DNA of 64,000 nucleotides from Eledone cirrhosa. Taxonomy: Eukaryota. The notes under the pieces were generated by a model, which worked only from the letters and a program-made list of their open reading frames with translations, did not search any database and was not told the DNA's origin. Of this stretch, positions 28,466 through 43,702 are shown piece by piece; position 1 is the stretch's first letter; the number at the start of each line of letters is the position of its first letter. Both the position numbers and the translations under genes were made by a program. The stretch is from contig OZ024747.1 of NCBI GenBank assembly GCA_964016885.1, positions 50,778,001 to 50,842,000 of the forward strand. The letters run 5' to 3'.

Positions 28466-28873
28466 GGCATGATAATACCTTCAATATGCTAAGAATAAAC
28501 AAGAGAGACTTTATAATTTCGATTGACTTGCTAGAAACAGCCAAATCTTCCTTCAAATGATAGGATATCTTAAACAATACAGCCCTGAGTATACAGAAAG
28601 GTGAGATGGTCACGGATGGAGAACATTTAATTATAGGTCAGATTAAACAACATTTATCAACCCGAGGCCAAAAATAAGTTTGAGTGGTATGTCGAAGATT
28701 ACAATATCAAATACATTATTTGCTTATTAAAAGTTGTAAGTTGAGGGAGATTTGATGTGTATTTCTAGAAAGTTGAGCGACCACAAAGTGGTTCTCCCTA
28801 GTTACTTGCCTCGTTGCTATATTTATTGATGTTGTTATTGTTGCACTTGTTGATGTTGATAATGATGATAAAG

Positions 28874-29174
28874 TTGATGATTTAATAATTGTTTCTACTT
28901 TAGGCACAAGGCCAGCAACTACCCAGTGCCTTACTGGTACTTTATTTTATCGACCCCGTAAGGATGAAAGGCAAAGTCAACATCGGCGGGATTTGAACTC
29001 AGATCGTAAAGGGACGTAACTATGCTAGAAAGCATGGCGTCCGACCCTCTACCGATACTACCAATCCACCGCCCTTGATGATTTAATAATTGTTTCTACT
29101 TTAGGCACAAGGCCAGCAATTACCCAGTGCATTACTGGTACTTTATTTTATCGACCCCTTGATGATTTAATAAT
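28874..29174 (-). mobile_element. Full SINE plus 5'-truncated SINE in tandem, with three copies of a 16-bp target sequence
   Basis: ttgatgatttaataat at 28874, 29075 and 29159 flanks both copies. Confidence 0.9.
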
Positions 29175-29274
29175 GATGGTTATAATGATGATTACGATGA
29201 TGCTGAAAATAGTGATGATGATGATGTTAATGGTGATGATGATGATGATGATGATGATGATGTTAATGATGTTA

Positions 29275-29316
<42 letters not shown>

Positions 29317-29899
29317 TAGATACTAATGGTGATGATGTTGATGTTGCTATTGTTGCTTTAAATAGTATTACTTATGTAGGAAATGCTTTAAACGTTATTG
29401 TTGTGCTGGTTGTTGTTGTCGTCGTCGTCGTTGTTGTTGTTGTTGTTGTTGTTGTTGCTGTGTTTGATGCGGCGGTTGGGCTGTATATTTCTTATTAATA
29501 CAAAAACTTTATCTGATGCTGGTGTCGTTGTTGTTGTAGTTGTTGCTGCTGTTGTTGTTGCATACCTTTATTATTGTAGGTGTGGCTCTGCCCGTCATAC
29601 TTGTTCTTGCTGTTGTTGTTACTAAAGTTACTGCAAATACTACAGCCATTTTGTTGCTGTTGTTGTTATTGTGATTTCTTATTAATCTAATCCAAGTTTG
29701 ACTACTCGGCGTCCCTTTATCTTCTGCTTCCCTTTTTTTTCTTTACATTTTAGATTCTTTACTATTTTCATCAAGCGATAGATGTGATTCTTTTATGCTA
29801 TTATTCTCCTATTCCCTCTATTCCTTCATTCTCTTATCTCTCTGCCTGTTATCCTCCTCAATGCAGACGACCGCTTGGCTGTTTGAAGCAATAAACTTA

Positions 29900-30230
29900 T
29901 CAAAAACACAAACACTGCAGGCTGCATTGCCGCCGTGTTCTTTTTTCTTTGTTTGTTGTCGTTTACTTTCTTCCTTCCCTTCTTTCCGCATAATATATAT
30001 AAACCGACAGAACAACGTAAAGTGTCGGTCACGTTTTCTCCCGTAAGGTGGCACCACCTGTCCCCGGTCGGCTGTAGACAATGAAAGGGAAAAGAAAACG
30101 GCGCCATTTTAGTTTCCGGACCAACGTAGCCCAATGTTTGTCAAAGCATTCATCAAAATCTCGCAATATAGATTAATACGCTCTGGACATTATCATCTCA
30201 TACTTCGTTCGCGGCGGAGATGCAAACAAA
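29900..30230 (-). promoter_or_regulatory. Candidate promoter/first exon: CpG-rich island with YY1 (cgccatttt), ETS-like (ttccgg) and CCAAT motifs
   Basis: Local CpG enrichment; ggcgccattttagtttccgga..cccaat at ~30100-30135. Motif evidence only. Confidence 0.4.
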
Positions 30231-30238
30231 TTTCAACG

Positions 30239-30325
<87 letters not shown>

Positions 30326-30388
30326 TGTGTGTGTATGTATATATATGTATATATATGCATATATGTGTGTGTGTTTGTGTATATATAT

Positions 30389-30485
<97 letters not shown>

Positions 30486-30896
30486 TGAATATATAATATA
30501 TATGCATACCTATAAACATTCCTAGATACATATGCAACCATACATACATACATATATATATATATATGTACACATAGATATGTGTGTGTCTGTATTTATG
30601 TGTGTCTGTGTGAGAGTGTGTGCGCCTGTGTGTGTAGCCATCCCAACTGATTCACATATAATATAGTGTTGATATACATTTGGTAATATGTCGTTTGGCT
30701 ATCTGACTTAATATAACCACAAAGAATCAAGCATTTCATACGTAGAAACTCATACACAGACATAAAGAGACAAATACACACCTATAAATAGCAGAATATG
30801 TATGCATTTTGTACCTAGCTATCTGGGTATGGTGGATGGACATTTCTTTTCTACTAGCTGTGTTTCTATATCTCTCAGTCCCCCACTGCCGTCGGT

Positions 30897-30940
<44 letters not shown>

Positions 30941-31690
30941 AATGAGTTATATGTTTTGGTGATTATCATTTAACAAGGTTAATTTTATAACAGATCTGAA
31001 GCACTCTATGGCTTTCATCTGGAATATTATTAATATTAACTATATTAATAAATGAAAAATATCTTTATAATACCATATTTATTTTGTCATACGTATTTCA
31101 AGGACACAAAGTTTTAGTGTGCTTTCATCACATAAAATATAATATTTGATGTTAAGATATTGACATACCTTAGCATAGACTTAATAGTTAAGTGGTTAAG
31201 TGATTAAAGAACATTTATAGAGATTATGAAAGGTCTTGGAAAATTTATGCAAACAAGAATTAAATATCTCTTTCTTTTTGTTAATAATGTTACCAGAATT
31301 GGTAATTATATAAAAGATTTCATCAGTACAAAGATGACAAATTTTCGAAATTGAAGAATTCTGGCATATTGGAGCGTACCTGATTTTATTCCAAGAGATT
31401 GGATACTTAGTGTTATTGTCTTTTAAAACCAAATTAGTTGTGACAGTGAAGTTGAGAATTTCTTATCAGAGCGTTCAAACGTATGTTTGTGATTATACCA
31501 GCGCTCTTTAAATTTTGATGAAGTGGTCCCTATATAATTATACAGTTTATCTTTAGTTTCAATGGTGCATTTATATACTATTGTAAATTACTATCTAAGC
31601 AATTATTCACTAGCGGGCAAGAGATATTATTCCTGCAATTACATTTTCTTATATTGCTATTTGAAGATGTAGTATCATTATTTAGGTACA

Positions 31691-31868
31691 CGGTGAATTG
31701 ACAGTATCGGTAGAGGGTTGGACGCAATGCTTTCTAGCATAGTTACGTTCCTTTACGGTCTGAGTTCAAATCCCGTCGAGGCTAACTTTGCCTTTCATCC
31801 TTACGGCGTCGATAAAATGAAGTACCAGTAATGTAGAATGTACCAGTAATGCCAAATGTAGAAACAAT
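31691..31868 (+). mobile_element. SINE inserted into the PLE, with target-site duplication
   Basis: Flanked by attatttaggta(c/t)acg on both sides. Confidence 0.88.
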
Positions 31869-32431
31869 TATTTAGGTATACGTTATTATTATTATTGCTA
31901 ATATTATTAATTATATTATTATTGCTATTTTGGTATATTTCAGTTTGGTTCATTTTTAGACTTCTATTATTAATTTTTGCTATATTCTGGGCTAGATTCA
32001 TAGTCGTTGAATAAGAGAGCTTGACTGTATGTCTGTTAAAAATGCAATGCTAATTGTGGGACTTAGGAAAACAGTTATCTATAACTCTAAAGAATTGATG
32101 TGCTATAAATCTCTTAATTCCTAAGCATATTGGAGATGAATACCAAATTATAGAACGGGGCTTTCTTATATGGTTTATTATTTTGGTTAGGTCGTTTATT
32201 TTCGTTATTTTTATAATATACTTTTGTAGGTGGGTTTTTATTATTCCTATCTATGTAATTAATTTTATTAGTGCATCCAGCTCTGTGTAAAGCGTCGTTA
32301 TAGTATTCAGTTATGTTATATAAACAATAGAATTAGATTCACATTCTTAAAATATGTTAACAAATATATATCTATAGTTACATGACTCTCCTACACTCAC
32401 GTATATATGTGTGTATATTTATGTGTGTGTA

Positions 32432-32489
<58 letters not shown>

Positions 32490-32720
32490 CATAATTCTAC
32501 ACTAATATTTCACACTTTAACGACCACCACACGACCAATGTAAACTGGCTATTTTTTTTCAAAATTCTTCTAGCGTCTATAATAACGACCCTTTTCTGAT
32601 TTAATGTATCCTTGTTAACTTACATCCCTTGTGATTTTGAATTTTTACCTCACTGCCGTTAGCGAGCTTATAATATTAAGTTTATGCTAAGATATGTCAA
32701 TATCTTAACACCAAATATTA

Positions 32721-32780
32721 TATTTTATCTGATGAAAGCACACAAAAACTTTGAGTCCTTGAAATACATATAATAAAATA
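32721..32780 (+). ncRNA. Minimal type I hammerhead ribozyme
   Basis: TATTTTAT-CTGATGA-aagcacac..cctt-GAAA-TACATA-TA-ATAAAATA; perfect 8-bp stem I; AATAAA overlaps its 3' end. Confidence 0.8.
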
Positions 32781-32829
32781 AATATGGTATTATAAAGATA
32801 TTTTCCATTTATTAATATTGTTAATATTA

Positions 32830-32867
<38 letters not shown>

Positions 32868-32874
32868 CATACAT

Positions 32875-32923
<49 letters not shown>

Positions 32924-32952
32924 TACACACATACACACATACACACACACAT

Positions 32953-33028
<76 letters not shown>

Positions 33029-33262
33029 AAGGTAAACAGAAATAGCAGCACAATCGGTACACCGTATGAAAGGAATATATTAGGTTAACGCTTGAAATAG
33101 TAGGAAGACGTTTCGGACGCTAGTCTTTCATCAGAAGAAAGAATGAGAAATAAGATAGATTGAAGGGACGCGCGGGCTGGATTGGAATATATATATATAT
33201 ATATATGTAGTGAAAAAAAGGTGTGGACGTTAGAAAACATTATATACAGATCACGTTATATA

Positions 33263-33548
33263 TACTTTATTTTATCGACCCCGTAAGGATGAAAGGCAAA
33301 GTTAACCTCGGCGGGATTTGAACTCAGACTGTAAAGGGACGTAACTATGCTAGAAAGCATGGCGTCCAACCCTCTAGTATTGGTAGAGGGTTGGACGCCA
33401 TGCTTTCTAGCATAGTTACGTCCCTTTACAGTCTGAGTTCAAATCCCGCCGAGGTGAACTTTGCCTTTCATCCTTACGGGGTCGATAAAATAAAGTACCA
33501 GTAATGTACTGGGTAATTGCTGGCCTTGTGCCTAAAGTAGAAACAGTT
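33263..33548. mobile_element. SINE with 5' fold-back duplication (114-bp arms, 7-nt loop)
   Basis: 33263-33376 is the reverse complement of 33384-33497 with about 1 mismatch. Confidence 0.92.
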
Positions 33549-34032
33549 ATATAAGGAAAATGAAAAAAAAAGGGTTTGAAAAGCGCATCTGGTATGTATA
33601 TAAAAAGGATCGTTATAACATGTACAAAAATTGATGTAAGCAAAGTTTGCTTTCTCGGTTTGGGATCATCAACACATTTGTCATTAGGTTAAATGTTTTT
33701 CGTTAAAAATGTTTTTCGTTAAAACACACTCATTCACACACACACACGCGCGCAAGGACGAATAAGTAGAATCGGTAAAATATCAGAGACAACCCTTCGT
33801 TTAGGCTCTCTGCACTCCAGTTCCAATCCCGCTGGGATCAGATTAGTATTTCATCATTGCTAGGTGCATAAAAAAGTACCACTCTCTCTATATATATAGA
33901 AACATCACCACGCGTTCGGCTAGGGGCTATCAAGAAAGGAAAATCTGTTTTCGAGGAAATTATTGGATTTTCTTTCAAATTTAATGTTCTTTTTTAGGAA
34001 CTTTCAATGTTTTCAGGTTAATATAAGCTTTG

Positions 34033-34090
34033 CCGTCTGAAGAGCTCAGGCTATCATACTTGACAGACCTCAGTGAAATATGCATAACGG
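34033..34090 (+). ncRNA. Type I hammerhead ribozyme (CUGAAGA core)
   Basis: CCGT-CTGAAGA-gctcagg..cctcagt-GAAA-TATGCA-TA-ACGG; AATAAA ~8 nt downstream. Confidence 0.65.
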
Positions 34091-34271
34091 AGTTTTAAAT
34101 AAACCTGAATCAACTGAATATGGCCTCCGATCTTTTAATGATGTATTATGCTCCGGTTTGCACCATTTATACAGGTCGTTGAGCGCTTCTTTTTATCTGC
34201 TTCACAACCGACACGCAATAATGTGGTACGAACATCCTTCTTCGGTTAACACTATACTCTCTCTCTCTCAC

Positions 34272-34318
<47 letters not shown>

Positions 34319-34501
34319 TTCTCTCCCTCACTCACTCTCTCTCTCTCTCTCTATCTCTCTCTCCCTATATATATACATATGTATACGTACACATATATGT
34401 ATATATATGTTTGTATATATAAATATATATATATATATGTTTGTATATATATATTGTTATACTTTCAGAAACGAAATATATATATATATATATATATATA
34501 T

Positions 34502-34643
34502 AACGAAGGAAAAGTGGTAAGGAACCAGGTGGAACATAACGCACCAAAGTACTCAATACTTAGGGTAGTAGAGTTGGTAATATGAACAAGTAAGACCCCG
34601 CCGTCGAAACGGCTTGAGCTCAGCCGTCGGGGTCTTACTTGTT

Positions 34644-34645
<2 letters not shown>
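34502..34645. mobile_element. Fold-back half-HHR unit (family B) in (TA)n
   Basis: GAAAC-GGC-ttgagctca-GCC-GTC-GGGGTC; the left part is the inverted family tail. Relatives at 37340-37480, 49150-49215 and 55823-56013. Confidence 0.8.
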
Positions 34646-34724
<79 letters not shown>

Positions 34725-34732
34725 TATATATA

Positions 34733-35188
34733 ATAAAGTGAAGTGACATGAGGCCAAATATGTTGAATTTCCTTAATTTCTTTATTACTGTAAACACTAT
34801 GCACATTTCATTGGCCCGGTGTAAGAAGGAGACAAGCAAAGGAAAAATAGAGAGGAAAAAGTGTGTGCTATGTTTTTGACCCAGAGACAGACATAGTAGC
34901 ATGCTGCCACATTGTTCGCCCGCCTCTCAGGTGGACGTAATAGCATGCTGCCCCGTCCGTCTCTGGGTAAAAAACAGCACATCCTTTTTTCTCTCTGTTT
35001 TTTTTCTTTGCTTGTTTCCTTAAAATTTACCATCATTCTGTTGGTATACCCCTGTTACGCAATTTACACCTGATGAGGTCACCGGGTTCTTACACAACCT
35101 GGACAAGGAAATGTACATAGTGTTTATAGTAATAAAAATAATAAAGAAATTCAACATATTTAGCCTCCTGTCATTTCACTTTATAATA
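34733..35188. mobile_element. Imperfect ~455-bp fold-back unit containing an HHR in its right arm
   Basis: aaagtgaagtgacatgaggccaaatatgttgaatttc pairs with gaaattcaacatatttagcctcctgtcatttcacttt; inner arms gacccagagac..agcatgct and agcatgct..gtctctgggt. Confidence 0.8.
35066..35123 (+). ncRNA. Minimal type I hammerhead ribozyme with palindromic stem III
   Basis: ACAC-CTGATGA-..ccgggtt..aacctgg..-GAAA-TGTACA-TA-GTGT; ATGTACAT is self-complementary. Confidence 0.78.
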
Positions 35189-35388
35189 CATTTACTCCGT
35201 TCCCGCACCACCAACATGATTCATAATTGAAGATGGCTGAGTTACGTAACGTCAAGTGTTTTTCTCATATTATGTAACCCTTAACATTGCAGAATGACCA
35301 ATTCTACCTAGTGGTAAACCACCAAATTTAAACGTATATATACATACAGAGAGACACACACACACACACGTGTATATATATATATATA

Positions 35389-35792
35389 TATATATTGGTA
35401 AACGGAATAGAAAATGCTGACAAATTGTTCACAGTTGAAAAATGGTTTAATTAGGAATAAAAGAGTATTAATGATTGTATGGGTTAGTATTCAGTTGTGG
35501 TTTTAAGTTTTTAAGTTTTTACTGGTTGCGCATTTCTAAATGCTTTTCAAAAATAATTTTGAGATAGAGTGTCCGTGCTGTTTGCTCTGATCAGAGCAAA
35601 CAGCACGGACACTCTATCTCAAAATTATTTTTGAAAAGCATTTAGAAATGCGCAACCAGTAAAAACTTAAAAACTTAAAACCACAACTGAATACTAACCC
35701 ATACAATCATTAATACTCTTTTATTCCTAATTAAACCATTTTTCAACTGTGAACAATTTGTCAGCATTTTCTATTCCGTTTACCAATATATA
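35389..35792. repeat. Perfect 404-bp palindrome with no loop
   Basis: Checked line by line; centre ctctga|tcagag at 35590/35591; flanked by (TA)n. Confidence 0.97.
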
Positions 35793-35821
35793 ATAACTTG
35801 TGTGTTACACCTCTATTCTTT

Positions 35822-35894
<73 letters not shown>

Positions 35895-36101
35895 ATATAT
35901 ATATATATATATATAATCGAATGAAAAGCAGAGTTAAAAACTCGCATTAATACCCTGTAATTAATGAGCTCAAAGAATAAAAACTGAGCTTTTATAATAT
36001 AATATATAGAAGTAAACGCAGTAAGAAATTTGTTCAACCCTTGTAATTTTAAACACACTTCTTTCTGTGTTTACTTCTCTCTCTCTCTCCCTCTCTCTCT
36101 G

Positions 36102-38075
<1,974 letters not shown>

Positions 38076-38457
38076 TACAAGGTTCCATTAATAACGAAGG
38101 ATTTATTATTATATGGAGTAATTATATATTTTTAATGAAAAGTCTTATATTAAGGAATAGGTCACAGCCTAAATATACGTGTGCATCTATGCCGGATTCA
38201 AACTATATGGGTTTCTGTAATATATTACACGACAGTAGTTAGTTCTTGTACTACAAGACTCGATACATATTCATATTAAACAAGGGTTTTTTAATGAAAA
38301 CAAAAAGCTCACCGTTATGTCTCCTAACAACATATGATAAGCGATTCGGTGTTGTGATTAAGAAAATAATAGCGAATGTCCCCCCCCCCTCTCTCTCTCT
38401 CTGTATAATACACACACATATATATATATACATATATACATGGATAGATATATGTAT

Positions 38458-38496
<39 letters not shown>

Positions 38497-38755
38497 TATT
38501 AAAGTAGATAGAGAGTGTTAGTGGAAACGAATTCAAATCACGCATGCCACCTTTATAGTAAAATATATTCCCGGGAATTGTGGCAATTTATATGAGATTG
38601 TAAGACCTAGAGGTCATGGCGGTTCTCAAAATACAGAAAATGGTAATGTGAAGATTGCGCAGAGATGAGAAAAACGTTGGTTAGGTTAAATAGGAGATCT
38701 AAGAAAATATGTCTAAAGAAATGTAAAAACATTAGTTGTTAATAAAGTAGCACAG

Positions 38756-38854
<99 letters not shown>

Positions 38855-38962
38855 TTTATAAGCGTTGATTTGCATGAATATATACATAACATATGCAATA
38901 TGTATATTTATGAAAAGACGAAAATAAGTTAACAAAATATGCATATATACATACGTACATAC

Positions 38963-38995
<33 letters not shown>

Positions 38996-39001
38996 AATAG
39001 G

Positions 39002-39088
<87 letters not shown>

Positions 39089-40131
39089 TACGTATATTGT
39101 GTATATGACTGTGTATACATATGCATGTACAAATAAATAAATATGCATATATATAATATGTATATTTATGAAAAGAAGAAAATTCGTTGCTGATAAATGA
39201 GATATATGTTGACCCATACGCAGACCCCCCCCCTCCTCCCCCATACACAAAATAAATTAACATATAAGATTTGTAATATAAAAAATAAAAATATATTTTA
39301 GTCACCAATTTCTAGTCATATAATCACAATTTTCTCTCAGCTGAAATTCGAAACAGGTATTTCCAGTTTTTACTAAAAAAGCATCCTACATATTCCCTTC
39401 TATCCTATATGAAGCTTTTCAGTTAAGCATAACCTACAGTCTTGTGATCCATTGAAAAATAGAATAGCATTATCAACGCTGGTGTGAGTTCACCTCAACT
39501 GCGTGGCACCTTGGGGGAATTGTCACACACTTTGTCACTCATTAGGTGTATACGTGTCTTTGGGTCGGATGCACAAGTAATTAAACGACAATTTCCCGAG
39601 CAGGCTGTTCCGTTGATAGGGCAACTGGAAGCCTTATCGTTGTAACAGACTGAGATCCATTCATTATGTTCTGCTATATATCACACTGGGCATATGAAAT
39701 CAGATGAATAAATCTATAAAAATTTAATCATTCTACGCTATTTAAAATAAACTATTTTTACAAAACGGCCGATTCGTACTTACTTTATTCAATTTTAAAG
39801 ATGTTATGTCTGACTAAATCATTGAATTAGCTCACTAACATCTGCAGCTTTTACGATGTTTGTTTAAGATGTTAACATACTACGGTAGTGTTTTTACTGC
39901 ATTGGTATTTTTATGGAGAGATGTTTGTACTATCTTAATTTAGTTTTCATATATAAAATGTTCATGTGAGTAAAAGTGGTAGACAATAACCCGTTGTCTG
40001 TGAAAGAGGTGTACGAGAGAAATGTATGCTTCATAGCAATCTTGTATGCTTTAAACAATACCTCTAAGGTTTTAAGAACTTTTGTCTACGGACATATGTA
40101 GGTTTATGCTCATACGAACATGCCTGCAGAC

Positions 40132-40162
<31 letters not shown>

Positions 40163-40168
40163 CATACA

Positions 40169-40201
<33 letters not shown>

Positions 40202-40214
40202 GCATACATACACA

Positions 40215-40623
40215 CATGGTGGCTGCCAACTCGTTTTCGAGTACGGCCACTACTTTATATCCATGTAGGAGAACCCCTACCGATGCGCTGAACGAGTGTG
40301 ACTTTTTAGTCCGGCCAGCGACTTGAAAACTCTGGTACAAACACTACACTTGTGACTATTATTGACACATAGTGCTGGGTTCATGGTACCATGTGACAAC
40401 AAGTGTAGAGAGATCTCCAGATATAAAGCAATGCCTGTGCCGAGAAGCTTTTATAGTGAGGAAAGGCACTGCACAAAGCCAGTCCCACTCTCTTAACCAA
40501 GATGATATTTACCAAAAAGAAGAACAAGTCAACATCATTGGATACCATCAGAGTTGCAGGTGTTATATCAGAGTTTTCCTTCTCCTAGAATTCTGCCTTG
40601 ACAAAGGCCAAGGGGTCATCTCT
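40215..40623 (-). mobile_element. Internally inverted copy of a ~460-bp non-coding retroposon
   Basis: 40215-40536 is the reverse complement of ~42208-42531; 40534-40623 is a direct copy of ~42073-42162. Confidence 0.85.
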
Positions 40624-40645
40624 CATACATACATACATACATACT

Positions 40646-40824
40646 TCAGATTTATGCCTGTGATTATTGGGGCACTGGGATGTGTTAGTAACTGCTTCAA
40701 TACAAATCTTGAGAAGCTAGGCTTTACAGGAACAGAAAGAACACAACTAGTTAGGAAATTACAAGTACAATCGATTATTGGAACAGTAAAAATATGTAAA
40801 ACATTCCAAACATTTAGCATGTAA
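40646..40824 (+). mobile_element. C-terminal fragment of an RLE-type non-LTR element
   Basis: FMPVIIGALG..LQVQSIIGTVKICKTF. Confidence 0.7.
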
Positions 40825-41216
40825 TAACTGCATATACACATGTACAGATGCGAAGCATATATACATGCACACATATAACTCAAAACATACACATCCACAC
40901 ATAAAATAACATCCATATCTACACATGCATGCATACATGCATATCTACCTAGTTGATGTTGTGTAAATTCCAATGAGAGAGTCTTGTGTATATGTTAGAA
41001 ACCGACTCTCTCTATATTGGGAACACTTTGTGAACTTATAAAACCAGAAGAACATACATACATACATATATGCATACATACATACATACAAACATACATA
41101 CATACACACATACATACATACATATAACTTGGCAGAGAGAACGTCAGAGAGAATGTTTTGTAGTGTTCGCTCCGGCTCTCTACGCTCTAAGTTCTAATTC
41201 CGCGAGTGATATATAC

Positions 41217-41312
<96 letters not shown>

Positions 41313-41360
41313 ACAGTGACGAAACATAAGTCAATTGCATGAACTCATAATCCTTTATTT

Positions 41361-41416
41361 ACTGCTATATATATTTCGATGATAGCCATTGAATGGCTAT
41401 GACCTCATCAGGCAGT
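41361..41416 (-). ncRNA. Minimal type I hammerhead ribozyme, intact core
   Basis: ACTGC-CTGATGA-ggtc-ATAGCCATT-c-AATGGCTAT-catc-GAAA-TATATA-TA-GCAGT, then AATAAA; the unit 41310-41480 lies between (TA)n runs. Confidence 0.85.
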
Positions 41417-41516
41417 TAGTCAGTTCTTAGATATGACAGCTCTGTGTTTATGGTGTTGATGGTTTTAGAGCCTTGGGACATATATATATATATATATATG
41501 CACACGTACACTCACA

Positions 41517-41629
<113 letters not shown>

Positions 41630-42072
41630 TAATGATAATAAAGAGGGCGAAGTGTTAGATCTTTAGAAGATTTATTGAGGTGTGACGCGTGTTTCGCGAT
41701 TGAGCAGTTTAAGGCTCGATCTGTATCGATCTGGCCGACTCTGGAATCGAAAGCTCGTCGGATTTCTGTTATGGCATTATATATATACATGCAGCTATTA
41801 GTTTACATTTGGCTGTCTGCATGTGTGTTAGTATGTATTTGTGTATATTCGTGTATATCTGTATACGATTTTATTGTCTGTATTAATAGAAACAGGTTTA
41901 TTCTAATATATACGGCATGTGGTGTATAATGAAAAATATTTTATATACATTTTAAACAAGAGAAGAGGAATGGAATAATAAGAGAGAGGAAGAGAGAAAG
42001 AGAGAAAGAGAAAGATCGAGCCGTTGCAGAACTATGTGTATGCATGTAAGTAAGCCTGTATGTATATATATA

Positions 42073-42533
42073 TCATTGGATACCATTAGGTTTGCAGGTG
42101 TTATATCAGAGTTTTCCTTCTCCTAGAAGTCTGCCTTGACAAAGGCTAAGGGGTCATCTCTCCCGGTGATTTTGGATGGCCATTGACTCTTAAGAGTTCC
42201 TTTGCCCTTGATGTTGACTTGTTCTTCTTTTTGGTAAATATCATCTTGGTTAAGAGAGTGGGACTGGCTTTGTGCAGTGCCTTTGCTCACTATAAAAGCT
42301 TCACGGCACAGGCATTGCCTTATATCTGGAGATCTCTCTGCACTTGTCGTCACATGGTACTATGGGCCCAGCACTATATGTCAATAATTGTCACAAGTGT
42401 AGTGTTTGTACCAGAGTTTTCAAGTCTCTGGTTGGACTAAAAAGTCACACTTGTTCAGCGCATCGGTAGGGGTTCTCCTACATGGATATAAAGTAGTGGC
42501 CGTACTCGAAAACGAGTTGGCAGCCACCACCAT
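42073..42533 (+). mobile_element. ~460-bp non-autonomous retroposon, possibly RTE-related
   Basis: Second copy at 40215-40623; 5' gagttttccttctcctag..gccttgacaaaggcta resembles RTE-type 5' regions as I recall them. Confidence 0.65.
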
Positions 42534-42559
42534 GTATATATATATATATAATTTTTTTT

Positions 42560-42778
42560 TACAGCCGATTGACTTTCGTCAAATCGGACCGAGGAAACAA
42601 TGTTTCCGTTGGTCTTTCCAATTGTTAATATTATCTATCGGTCGCAACTCCAGGTAGAAGGAGCAACGTGAAATAAAGTCTCTTGCTCAAGGACATAACG
42701 CATCTCACGGTCCAGGAATCGAACTCACAGCCTCACGATTGCGAATCCAATTCTCTTACCACTCAGTCACGCGCCTTC
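42560..42778 (-). mobile_element. CORE-like tRNA SINE copy
   Basis: tcttgctcaaggaca..ggaatcgaactcac..cacgcgcct, as at 28240-28465. Confidence 0.7.
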
Positions 42779-42824
42779 ACTATATATATATATATATATG
42801 CACACGTACACTCACACATTCACT

Positions 42825-42945
<121 letters not shown>

Positions 42946-43454
42946 CAAATAAATATATGAGGGATGAAAATCTATACAATTATAGAAGTGTTTGGATTGC
43001 AAATGACCAAGTTAGCTAGGTTGAAAAAATACTAATTTAACATAATATGGTTTGACTGTCTCGATTTAAAAATAATAAATCAATAAAGATAACAAACCTA
43101 TATTGGCAATGGCCGTGATACCTGGACAAATTTTAAATCTGTTTGACATATTTCAAATTTGTTTCGCAACAATTAAGTGAAAGTTACTATTCCTGTGCTC
43201 TTCTGCAGGTATCCAGAAATTAGTACCTTCCACTTCAAAATACTTAAGAAGACTGAGAATCATGTGTTGTTGAACGCACGTGCGTCCCAGCGCCTAACTC
43301 GTCTCATATCTGTGTCGCTAAAAATAGCAGCCGGTTTTATGGGACTAAAAATTAGCTCAACGCATGGAGCCGTGAATATCAAATATTGAGTTATAATGTA
43401 TATATATATATATATATATACATACATATCCTCACTGTAACATAGAACATGCAA

Positions 43455-43666
43455 TCCACACTGTAAAGTGGTCGTGTAGGAGACACGGTAAAAAGACTTC
43501 CAGTCTACACTATAAATGTGGTTGGTGTTAGGAGGGGCATCCAGTCATACAGAACCTGCTAGAAACACGGTCACCCGAAAAAATCTTGCCTCAAGTGTGT
43601 CAAACCCGTCCAACCCATGCTAGTTTGGAAGATGGTCGTTAAACGATGATGATGATGATGATAATG

Positions 43667-43670
<4 letters not shown>
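43455..43670 (+). mobile_element. 3' part of a third SINE family with (GAT)n tail
   Basis: ggttggtgttaggaggggcatccag..ccgtccaacccatgctag..gttaaacgatgatgat. Confidence 0.6.

Positions 43671-43702
<32 letters not shown>

Larger units (their letters stand above)
31030..32830 (-). mobile_element. Truncated Penelope-like element (GIY-YIG part) with an inverted terminal repeat copy
   Basis: CPLVNNCL, YIGTTSSKFKERWYNH, CHLCTDE..CLH on the minus strand; 31030-31187 and 32674-32830 are inverted repeats, both containing the HHR motif. Confidence 0.85.
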
